The translations under genes were made by a program, and so were the position numbers. 64,000 bases of DNA from the human T2T-CHM13v2.0 reference genome, Homo sapiens: NCBI GenBank assembly GCA_009914755.4, contig CP068257.2, forward strand, positions 31,424,001-31,488,000, in the 5' to 3' direction. This document shows, one piece after another, positions 13,515-22,905 of this stretch (within the stretch, counting starts at the first letter, position 1; the number at the start of each line of letters is the position of its first letter). The notes under the pieces were generated by a model, which ran no database searches, was not told the origin of the DNA, and worked only from the letters and a program-made list of their open reading frames with translations.

Positions 13515-14019
13515 CATGATACACTCATGTTCATAGCAGCATAATTCGCAACAACCAAAAGCACCCCAAATGTCCATCAACGAATGAATGGATAAACCAA
13601 ATGTGGTATATCCATATACTGGAATATTATTCAGCCTTGAAAAGGAAGAAACTTTGATACATGCTACAACATGGATAAACCTTGACGACAATATGCTAAG
13701 TGAAAGAAGCCAGTCACTAAAAGACAAGTGCTGTATGATTCTACTTATATGAGGGACCTAGAGTAGAACAAATTCATAGAGACAGAACAGAAGAGTGAAT
13801 TCCAGGAACTTGGGTCGGGGGGAGTGGGGAGTTGTTTAATGGGTGGAGCTTCAGGGTTGCAAGTTGAAAAGAGTTCTGGAGATGGGTTGCACAACAATGT
13901 GAATTTAATTTAAATCAATTTAATGTGCACACTAATGCATATAACATTACTGAACAGTACTCTAAACATAAGACGGTAAATTTTATGTTATGAATATGTG
14001 ATCACAGTTAAAAAAAAAT
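13515..14019 (+). mobile_element. L1 3'-end fragment (older mammalian L1M-type) ending in poly(A), abutting the OLIG1 CpG island
   Basis: 'ttcatagcagcataattcgcaacaaccaaaagcaccccaaatgtccatcaacgaatgaatggataaaccaaatgtggtatatccatatactggaatattattcagccttgaaaaggaagaaactttgatacatgctacaacatggataaaccttgacgacaatatgctaagtgaaagaagccagtcac...gttttt..atgttatgaatatgtgatcacagttaaaaaaaaa' is the characteristic L1M 3'UTR. Confidence 0.75.
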
Positions 14020-14199
14020 ATGAGGGAGGTTGTTTTTGAGTAGACAGTTGCTGGAGGAAGGCACGTGAGTTGCAGCCTGACCAGTGCGACCAGTCCTCCT
14101 TCAACAGCCCCGCTTGCCTTGAAAAGGCGCCCTTACTCCGCTCAGGGGGCCTGTCCCGCGCGGCTGGCACAGGCGCTCACAATAACCTCCTAAAGCGGT

Positions 14200-14360
14200 G
14201 CCAGCCGCACCTCCGCGCGGCCCCGGCACAAGCAGCCAATGAACACGCGGCTGCGCCCGGCCTCGCGCCTCCATTGGCTGCGCCCCGCCACCCGCTGCCC
14301 CGCAGGTTCCCAAGCCGGGTTTAAAGGGGTAGGGCGCGGGCCAGGGCCCCACCATCGTTT
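14200..14360 (+). promoter_or_regulatory. OLIG1: Core promoter: CCAAT box (14236-14240), inverted CCAAT 'ATTGG' (14273-14277), TATA-like TTTAAA (14320-14325), GC boxes
   Basis: The motifs are seen directly: 'agcagCCAATgaacacgcgg...cctCCATTGGctgcgccccgcc...gggTTTAAAgggg'. They lie 130-220 bp upstream of the ATG in the expected order for an NF-Y/TATA promoter. Confidence 0.55.
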
Positions 14361-14456
14361 CCCCGCGCGCAGGTCCGCGGGGAGGGGCGGCCTGCCGACC
14401 GGCCCACCCCAGGGCGTTCCTGAAGGGCGTCCTCGGCCGCCCCCACCGCCTCCCAG

Positions 14457-15272
14457 ATGTACTATGCGGTTTCCCAGGCGCGCGTGAACGCGGTCCCCGG
14501 GACCATGCTGCGGCCACAGCGGCCCGGAGACTTGCAGCTCGGGGCCTCCCTCTACGAGCTGGTGGGCTACAGGCAGCCGCCCTCCTCCTCCTCCTCCTCC
14601 ACCTCCTCCACCTCCTCCACTTCCTCCTCCTCCACGACGGCCCCCCTCCTCCCCAAGGCTGCGCGCGAGAAGCCGGAGGCGCCGGCCGAGCCTCCAGGCC
14701 CCGGGCCCGGGTCAGGCGCGCACCCGGGCGGCAGCGCCCGGCCGGACGCCAAGGAGGAGCAGCAGCAGCAGCTGCGGCGCAAGATCAACAGCCGCGAGCG
14801 GAAGCGCATGCAGGACCTGAACCTGGCCATGGACGCCCTGCGCGAGGTCATCCTGCCCTACTCAGCGGCGCACTGCCAGGGCGCGCCCGGCCGCAAGCTC
14901 TCCAAGATAGCCACGCTGCTGCTCGCCCGCAACTACATCCTACTGCTGGGCAGCTCGCTGCAGGAGCTGCGCCGCGCGCTGGGCGAGGGCGCCGGGCCCG
15001 CCGCGCCGCGCCTGCTGCTGGCCGGGCTGCCCCTGCTCGCCGCCGCGCCCGGCTCCGTGCTGCTGGCGCCCGGCGCCGTAGGACCCCCCGACGCGCTGCG
15101 CCCCGCCAAGTACCTGTCGCTGGCGCTGGACGAGCCGCCGTGCGGCCAGTTCGCTCTCCCCGGCGGCGGCGCAGGCGGCCCCGGCCTCTGCACCTGCGCC
15201 GTGTGCAAGTTCCCGCACCTGGTCCCGGCCAGCCTGGGCCTGGCCGCCGTGCAGGCGCAATTCTCCAAGTGA
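14457..15272 (+). CDS. OLIG1: Oligodendrocyte transcription factor 1 (class B bHLH), single-exon, 271 aa including stop TGA at 15270-15272
   Basis: Uninterrupted 816-nt ORF from ATG 14457 to TGA 15270-15272. The translation ([29 protein letters not shown]...[67 protein letters not shown]...[25 protein letters not shown]) matches my recollection of human OLIG1 over its full length. The bHLH domain is approx aa 106-172 (nt ~14772-14972) and the N-terminal Ser/Thr tract is aa 43-61. The ORF is embedded in a CpG island, as expected for this gene. Confidence 0.93.
   Translation: MYYAVSQARVNAVPGTMLRPQRPGDLQLGASLYELVGYRQPPSSSSSSTSSTSSTSSSSTTAPLLPKAAREKPEAPAEPPGPGPGSGAHPGGSARPDAKEEQQQQLRRKINSRERKRMQDLNLAMDALREVILPYSAAHCQGAPGRKLSKIATLLLARNYILLLGSSLQELRRALGEGAGPAAPRLLLAGLPLLAAAPGSVLLAPGAVGPPDALRPAKYLSLALDEPPCGQFALPGGGAGGPGLCTCAVCKFPHLVPASLGLAAVQAQFSK
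14580..14639 (+). repeat. OLIG1: Imperfect in-frame (TCC)n trinucleotide repeat encoding the Ser/Thr tract [19 protein letters not shown]
   Basis: The sequence 'cctcctcctcctcctcctccacctcctccacctcctccacttcctcctcctccacg' is seen directly. The repeat is in frame with the CDS. Confidence 0.9.
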
Positions 15273-16602
15273 GGGCGGGCCTGGGCCTGGGGCGCGACCT
15301 CGGCCCGGCCTCCCTTCGCTCAGCTTCTCCGCGCCCCTGCTCCCTGCGTCTGGGAGAGCGAGGCCGAGCAAGGAAAGCATTTCGAACCTTCCAGTCCAGA
15401 GGAAGGGACTGTCGGGCACCCCCTTCCCCGCCCCCACCCCTGGGACGTTAAAGTGACCAGAGCGGATGTTCGATGGCGCCTCGGGGCAGTTTGGGGTTCT
15501 GGGTCGGTTCCAGCGGCTTTAGGCAGAAAGTGCTCGCTCTCACCCAGCACATCTCTCTCCTTGTCCCTGGAGTTGCGCGCTTCGCGGGGCCGATGTAGAA
15601 CTTAGGGCGCCTTGCCGTGGTTGGCGCGCCCCGGGTGCAGCGAGAGGCCATCCCCGAGCGCTACCTCCCCGGAGCGGAGCACGCCGGCTCCCAGTACTAG
15701 GGGCTGCGCTCGAGCAGTGGCGGGGGCGGAGGGGTGGTTCTTTTCCTTCTCCTCCGCCAGAGGCCACGGGCGCCCTTGTTCCCGCCGGCCAGGTCCTATC
15801 AAAGGAGGCTGCCGGAACTCAAGAGGCAGAAAAAGACCAGTTAGGCGGTGCAGACGGTCTGGGACGTGGCAGACGGACGGACCCTCGGCGGACAGGTGGT
15901 CGGCGTCGGGGTGCGGTGGGTAGGGGCGAGGACAACGCAGGGTGCGCTGGGTTGGGACGTGGGTCCACTTTTGTAGACCAGCTGTTTGGAGAGCTGTATT
16001 TAAGACTCGCGTATCCAGTGTTTTGTCGCAGAGAGTTTTCGCTCTTAAATCCTGGGGGTTTCTTAGAAAGCAACTTAGAACTCGAGATTCACCTTTCGTT
16101 TCCCTTTCCCCAAAAGTAGCGTAACCAACATTTAAGCTTGCTTAAAAACGAAAACCAACCGCCTTGCATCCAGTGTTCCCGATTTACTAAAATAGGTAAC
16201 CAGGCGTCTCACAGTCGCCGTCCTGTCAAGAGCGCTAATGAACGTTCTCATTAACACGCAGGAGTACCGGGAGCCCTGAACCGCCCGCTGCTCGGCGGAT
16301 CCCAGCTGCGGTGGCGACGGCGGGAAGGCGCTTTCCGCTGTTCCTCAGCGGGCCGGGCCCTTGACCAGCGCGGCCCGCAGGTCTTCCTTCTCGCCGTCTT
16401 GCAGTTGAAGAGCTACATACGTAGTCAGTTTCGATTTGTTACAGACGTTAACAAATTCCTTTACCCAAGGTTATGCTATGACCTTTCCGCAGTTTACTTT
16501 GATTTTCTATGTTTAAGGTTTTGGTTGTTGGTAGTAGCCGAATTTAACTGGCACTTTATTTTACTTCTAACCTTGTTTCCTGACGGTGTACAGAATCAAC
16601 AA

Positions 16603-16608
16603 AATAAA
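16603..16608 (+). terminator. OLIG1: Polyadenylation signal AATAAA (candidate, proximal)
   Basis: The hexamer 'aaAATAAAac' is followed by T-rich sequence. It lies ~1.33 kb downstream of the stop codon. Confidence 0.4.
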
Positions 16609-16654
16609 ACATTTAAAGTCTGATTTTTTACATTTTTTGTCTGATTTGTTTGGT

Positions 16655-16660
16655 AATAAA
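16655..16660 (+). terminator. OLIG1: Polyadenylation signal AATAAA (candidate, distal)
   Basis: The hexamer in 'tggtAATAAAaaagtcc' is preceded by a U-rich upstream region ('ttttttacattttttgtctgatttgtttgg'). Confidence 0.45.
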
Positions 16661-19600
16661 AAAGTCCTTGTATCCTAGTGGATTTAGAACCTTGGGGTGA
16701 AGGTAGGTAAATGACCGGGGTCCCAGGTTTTAAAATGTGACTTCCTGATTTGTAAAATAATCCAATGAACAGGCAACTGTAGTTCAAGTTCAGGCATTCG
16801 TGGGAAATATGAGGATTATAGGTAAGTGGGTGGGTGGGATAGAGAATGGGATAGAGAAGGGAGAGAGGCAATTCCAGGAATTCATTCTTTGCCAAGCTTC
16901 AGGCATAGGTCTTTTTTAACTACAACTTCATCCCCTGGAAAATGGGTTAAGCAATACCTTTATCATAAAATTGTAGCTCAACATCCTTCCAGGATATCCA
17001 CCTTTTCTATATCCTTGGACAGAAGCTTAATACCACACAAGCATGAGCTTCCCGCTGCTGCACCCACCTACCCCTTATCATTTAAATCAGGTTGGAATTG
17101 TCTTCACCTAAGAGGTGAAGAAAGCTCTTCTGTCTGTTTGGTGCTCTTAAAAAGAATTTGGAAGGCTGACCTGCTCACATTGCAATAATGAAACACTGCA
17201 TAATTATTAATGAAACCCAACCACTGTTTAATGTAGGGGAGTAGTAGAGAAGTAGTGTCCCCTTTAACCTGAGGAAAATTAAAGAAAACCCAGAGATGAC
17301 TTACTCAATTTTATCCATGTTGGTTTATCTGAGGCATATACACATTTAGAGAAAATGAGCACCACTTTGGAGGTGGGGGAAGGAGGTGGGAGGTGGCTGG
17401 AGAGATGGCATTGCCCGGCTACCATGCTGTGTCTATTTCCTTAAGGAGAAGTCAGGACAGGGCATGGGAGAAGGTGCTCTGTGCACCAACTCATTCCAAA
17501 AGAGGATTTCTCATGCTTCCTAGACTCTGCCACCAGCAAAGTCACCACTTTTATAAAAAGTAGATTTGAACTCTGGCCTTCTGTTTATTCAATGCCTTTC
17601 CTTGCTTACCTTATATCTTGGCAAGGGGTAGGGGAAAAAAGTGAAAATCAATGAAATCAAAAGCAAATTAGGTTCTCCTTGAAACAAAAATACTTCTAAG
17701 GGATTAGAAACAAACAATTTCTCCCACTGTCCAACACCAGCACCTAGATGCCACTGTCATTCCAGACATCATCTCTAAAAGGAGCCCAAAGCTACAGGGC
17801 AGAAAATGGGTCTGCCCTTCTCTACCTGTAAATGGGAACAAGCCGCCCATGCCTTATAGGAAAAGTAACACTATATGTGTATGATTTTTTTTTTATTTAA
17901 CTAAGAAAATCACAGCCTATCATGCTTTTCAGAAGGGCCAAAGGCTATAAATAAATTTAACAAGGACACACGGGGCTGTTTTGGGTGCCATCAAAATACT
18001 TATCTGCCTGCACGTAGCGTGCTTTTGGCCGTTGTGCCAAGCAAGATTAGCAGACTTGCTCTATAGAAGGAGTTTACATCCTAAAAAATAGTACCAGCAA
18101 GCATTGAAGAGTCCTGTAGGATGAAACAGATAAAAGGTAATTATATACAGTGTCCACAATGCAAAGTCAGACTGCTCAACATCTGTCTATGGCAGGGCAG
18201 TGTATTCTGCATGCAGAGTTTAAGCTTAGACATGTGTGTTCTAGAGCATGGAGCTGCTTTTAGAAATGTTCAGTGCTATGTCACGCCAGCAAAGGAGCTA
18301 GCTGAATTGTCCACCATACTTGATTTTAGCTGGAGTGGGCTTTGTTCAGAAGGAACAAGTGTAAGCTAGCCTTTGAAGGGTTTGGGACAGCTGGGAGGGT
18401 CTTAGTAAGGTTCCTCAAGAAAGGCACTCTAAGAGCTCAGAAGCAAGATGAGAAGGAACCCACGGCTCACTGCCAAAAAAGTTCCCTGCATCCAGCCAAC
18501 CACCAAAGTGAGGTCCTGGCAATTAGAGTAAACTGAACCTAATGGGAAAATACACAAGGCCCTGAGAAATTATATTGTTATATATATTGGAGTCCAGGTG
18601 AGCAATCAGTAGACAGAGGGCAGAATCAATACACGATGGGATTTGCCTAGCCCGCAGTGATGGTCTACTTACAGATGTTCTCCTCTAAGGGAAACTGATG
18701 ACACTAGACATAAAAATTTAACTTTGTGAAATATACAGCTTAGAGGGTAAGTGGCTGCTTCGAGGAAGAGGCTCCTCTCCAATCATGGAAAATGTTTCCA
18801 CTTACTGAAGTTTAGAAGATGAACGACAATGCTTCCATCTTGCACTCCACTTTAAGGTGTTTGGTCTTTCCTGAATGCTTAGGTACGCAGGTGAGGCTGG
18901 GTACAAGAGAGCCTCAGCCTGCTAACTAGACCCCCTGGAGCCTCCTGTTGTGTTTAGGAAGCCAGCCAGGAAAAAAAGGGGCTTTTCTTTTCTGCCATAG
19001 AAGGATACCTGATGAACTTGCCAAGAGCAAGGTGATGGTTGGGAAGAGTCATTCAATTGACACTTTTGCTCCCTGGGTATGCAGTGCATTGACTAGGAAA
19101 GTATATTTCCCTCAGAAGGTATTTTCCTGCTTCTTCACTGCCTCTTTTCTCTTCTGCACACACAATAAATATTCAATAAGAAGATTACCACATTCACTGA
19201 AGTAGGCTCACAAAGCAATGGGGTGAAAAATGCCATGTTTTTCAAAAACATGAATTCACTTTTCTCCAGCAGATTTTTAGGTGTGGGGAAAGACGTTAGA
19301 AATACTGTTTCCAAGTAAGATCCAGTTAACGTGCAAAACTGGAGTAGCAAGATATTCCTCAAAACCTGCACACAAACTAGTCTCGTTATTTATGGAGACA
19401 TCGGAAAATCATTCTTAAGGCAGTTCCCATTCTGTCATTTTTAACTAAGCCCAGCGTAAAAGCTGACATGCCTGAAAAGAAACCAAACCACATTCTTTCT
19501 GCTCACACGGGATTAGGAGCTCTCCGCAAACTCTCCCCCTTCCCTCCTGCTGCTGTTGACAGGCCAGGCTCTGAGCTCAGGACAAGGAGCTGAATATTCC

Positions 19601-21715
19601 AAGTCCTTAAACACTACAGGCTGCATGACGCTTTTGTGTGTGTGGGGGGGTGGGGGTGGGGGGGGAATGCCTTGATTGAAAGCAAAAAGAATGCATTCTA
19701 CGTCCATGCTAAGCCTTCTGCGGTGACCACCGAGGACAGAGCACGCAAGTAGGCCACTACCTGGGACAAAGGCCGCAGGTACCAAATCATATCTGAGTCT
19801 CATGAATGCTGGCAGGCAAAGGCAGTTGCAAATCATCCATTCTCTCTTCTCCCTACTGAATAAGGCAACCGAGGCCCAGGATGGTCGGGAACCACAGTCA
19901 AAGCCACACAGGTGGTCAGAGGCAGTAATGCCAGGGACTAGCGCCTGCTTTGGGGAAGCACGGGCTGCTTCCTTGGTCTGTCCTGGTGAGACAAGGAATG
20001 GGAATCCCAACAGGAGGTCCCCACCCAGAGCTGAGCATGTTCTTCTGCCCTCCCCTGGAAAATCTCGGTCCTCTGGTCTCTTCCAGCCTCTCTGCTCAGC
20101 CTGTAGGCTGGCCCTGCTGGTGGCATCCAGGAGAGATAGGCTCAGGACAAATCCCTTGCTGGCTGACCTGACTGCAGTTGAGTCACCTGAACTTTCTCGG
20201 CAGCCTCGCCCCCTAGCCCCAAGAGAGGCCCAGACTGGTGACAGGGAGTGGCAGAGGCAAGGCCACCTCTGTGAGAGATCCTCTGACGGTTGCAGGTTTG
20301 TCATTCGAGTTTCTGAAAGTGAGCAAGCAGACGGCTGACAGACAAGGGCAGCAGGGTGCAAGGAGAAAACGGCTTCTGAAGGCACAGCTTCAGAGACTTT
20401 CTCCTCCTGGCTGCCTCACAGTGTTTTCATGTGGAAACTAGACATTCTGACCCTGCTGGAACCTGTGTCAACGTCGTCGGCATCTTTTTGTTGAGTGTTT
20501 TTCATGGACACGAGTGATTCCCCAACAGGCCCCTCTGCAGTGGTGGCCTGAAATAGAGGACAGACGCCCCTGACAGGCCCTGTACCTGGAGCACCAGTCC
20601 AAGGCAAGCCATGGGGCCCAGGAAACAGGCTCCCAGCACTGGGATTCAATAAGGGCTGTTGTGTCCCAGAAGCTTCTAAGTGATGTGGGTAGCTCCTTAG
20701 AGAATGCCAAAGTCATAGGACCTGGAGACTTCAAAATCACAAGAGCAGATGAGAAGACTTGTCTGTGAGGTTAAAAAGAAAGAAAAAAGAAAAGCCAACT
20801 CACCTGGGGGCAGGCAGGTGGGAAGGAGAAGCTACTCTGCAGAAATGGCAGAGCATTACTACCAGAAATAAAAATAACAATGGTGCTGATAAGAGCTCAT
20901 TGTGTTATCGGGCACCAAGCAGGGTTGTAAGCATTTTACATGCATGCTTTCATTTTGTAGGCACCAGCGTTATCCCCATTTTACAGATGAGAAAACAGAA
21001 ACATGAAGATACAGAGACAGAAGAAGCTGAAGCCAGTTCAGGGAAGTTGTAGCAGCCAGACACAGAAAGAAATGAGGCTCTGTCTAGAAGAAAGAGAGCC
21101 CCCAAGGGTTGTCCTCTCTGTCATTGCTGTAATGTGGAGAGGGGTCATTTTCCTTCCTCCCCTTAGCTCTTGGGGCAAGGCTGGGAAACCCCACCTGTAC
21201 CCCAGTGCCCGCCCCATGCCTGGCTGTGGCTGCTTCTATTAATTGCATGTCTAACCAATGCATGATCCAGGCGTCAACGTCTCGCCACTCCCTGTCTCCT
21301 CTTTCTTGAGCCTGAGACCATGGGGTCATTCTTTTAGGTCATTTCACTTTTAGCTTTCTTTTTTTTTCAGTTTCACTTTTTCATTTTTATCTGATTTTTA
21401 TTTCCAAAATGTTCAGACCTGGCGGAGACTGATCTAAGAATGTGAGTAGTGAGATGTCAGGGATTGCGGATGGGGCAGAAGGGAGGCTTCACGCAGCCCG
21501 CACCCTTCAACACATACATGCTCCTCGTCCTGGTCACCACTGAGTGTTACAGGCAAGAAAATAAAAACCCTAAACTCCTCAGACAGTGATCATTAGGTGT
21601 CATTCTGTTCAAATCTTAAAAAATAGTTTGAGCAGATGAAGAATCAGTAAAGAAAGCTTGGAGGTGATTTGATAACATTTTATCTACCCAGAGGACCAAT
21701 CAAAGAGAGTATTTG

Positions 21716-21770
21716 TATTGTGGTGATGGTGGTGATGGTGGTGGTGGTGGTGGTGGTGGTCGTGGTGCTG
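21716..21770. repeat. (GGT)n / (GTGGTGATG)n microsatellite
   Basis: 'gtggtgatggtggtgatggtggtggtggtggtggtggtcgtggtg'. Confidence 0.9.
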
Positions 21771-22329
21771 GTTTTGTTCCATTTGCTTGCTTCCGGTGGC
21801 TTCACTCACATGCTTCCTCTGCAGTCCTGGTTCCCCACAGCCATGGGCAGAAGGTACAGCCTATATATGAGTCTCTATCAGTGCACAGGTGTCCAGTGTA
21901 GGAAAAAATAAAATGGAACATTACAGCACCCCGTTTAATAGACAACTTTTGAATTCACTTATGACCATGGTCTCCATGGTTCTAGGGGCTGTGAGGGCAT
22001 CAGAGATGCCTTTTGTATTTTATATTCACACAGACTCACAGTAACTCAGATGGAGGGCTGTAGGCTTTGAACCATGAACTGCCCCAGCGAGGCTGTTGGG
22101 GAAGGCGTGCAGGGCTGGCTGCTGTAACAGACCTGGCCACAGGAGATGGGAGAGATGGATGCTCAACCTTCCCCCTCCCATCCTCCGCTCATAAGAACCC
22201 TACTGTGTCCAAACACAATCAGGCACCAATCTCCTCTCCCATCCTCCTGTCTTCCCTCCTCCTGGTCATCTCTTCCCTTTAAGATCCTGGCTGTGTGTTG
22301 CCCGATTTGGTCGTGCCTCCAGTTGGTCA

Positions 22330-22500
22330 CTCCACTCCATGGCTCATGTAGGCTCATGTGTGACCTCAGTAGGCTACTTGAGCTCTGGTGCCTCAGTCTC
22401 CTCCTCTGTAAGGTCAGGGTAATAACAGGACCCACCTCCTTGGGGGTTAAATGAGGCAGTGGGATAAACCGTTAAGCATAGTGCCTATTGTACCTGCCAA
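22330..22500 (+). mobile_element. MIR fragment
   Basis: 'ctggtgcctcagtctcctcctctgtaaggtcagggtaataacaggacccacctccttgggggttaaatgaggcagtgggataaaccgttaagcatagtgcctattgtacctg' follows the MIR consensus (cctcagtttcctcatctgtaaaatgggg.taataa...gggttgttgtgaggattaaatgag...agcacagtgcctggcacat). Confidence 0.6.
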
Positions 22501-22600
22501 TGCTTTTCTTGTTGCCACTGATAGAATTTTTTCCATTGTCTGGAAATTATTTCCATGGTGATGTGTACTGTGACAGCTGCTTTCAAAGGCACTAGTGTGA

Positions 22601-22905
22601 GGCCAGGCGCGGTGGCTCATGCCTGTAATCCCAGCACTTTGGGAGTCTGAGATGGGAGGATGGCTTCAGCCCAGGAGTTCAAGACCAGCTTGGGCAACAT
22701 GGCAAAACCCCGTTTCTACAAAAAATACAAAAACTTAGTGGCATGGTGTGTTGTGGTGTGCTTGTAGTTCCAGCCACTGGGGAGGCTGAGTTGGGAGAAT
22801 CACCTGAGTCCAGGAAGCTGAGGCTGCAGTGAACTGTGATCACACCACTGTACTCTGGCCTGGGCAACAGAGTAAGACTCTGTCTCAAAAGAAAAAAAAA
22901 AAAGC
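22601..22905 (+). mobile_element. Alu (plus orientation)
   Basis: 'ggccaggcgcggtggctcatgcctgtaatcccagcactttgggagtctgagatgggaggatggcttcagcccaggagttcaagaccagcttgggcaacatggcaaaaccccgtttctac...ctgggcaacagagtaagactctgtctcaaaag' plus poly(A). Confidence 0.92.

Larger units (their letters stand above)
14050..16400. promoter_or_regulatory. OLIG1: CpG island spanning the promoter, the entire CDS and most of the 3'UTR
   Basis: CpG density is very high throughout (long runs of gcgc/ccgg/cgcg). GC is well above the flanks. The flanking sequence is AT-rich and CpG-depleted (L1 poly(A) at 14011-14019 upstream, AT-rich 3'UTR end downstream). Confidence 0.85.
14350..16680 (+). other. OLIG1: Inferred OLIG1 single-exon transcript (5'UTR + CDS + ~1.35-kb 3'UTR); ends approximate
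   Basis: A TTTAAA box at 14320-14325 predicts a TSS about 25-35 bp downstream. AATAAA hexamers occur at 16603-16608 and 16655-16660. The total length of ~2.3 kb is consistent with a single-exon mRNA. TSS and poly(A) site are not verified. Confidence 0.5.

Noticed and set aside
14101-15451. Multiple ORFs overlapping OLIG1 on both strands (14101..14517 -, 14567..14851 -, 14933..15268 -, 14940..15437 -, 15140..15451 +, 14239..14487 +)
   Set aside because: These are artefacts of the very GC-rich CpG island, where stop codons are rare. Their translations are Pro/Arg/Gly/Ala homopolymer-like. Only the + frame 14457..15272 gives a bHLH protein.
19513-20385. 290-aa minus-strand ORF (and overlapping 178-aa plus-strand ORF 19802..20338)
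   Set aside because: An ORF of this length is expected by chance in ~57% GC sequence of this window size. The translation is low-complexity (S/L/P/R/G-rich, a PPPPPPP run), lacks any domain-like pattern and has no flanking promoter, splice or poly(A) signals. It is treated as a chance ORF.
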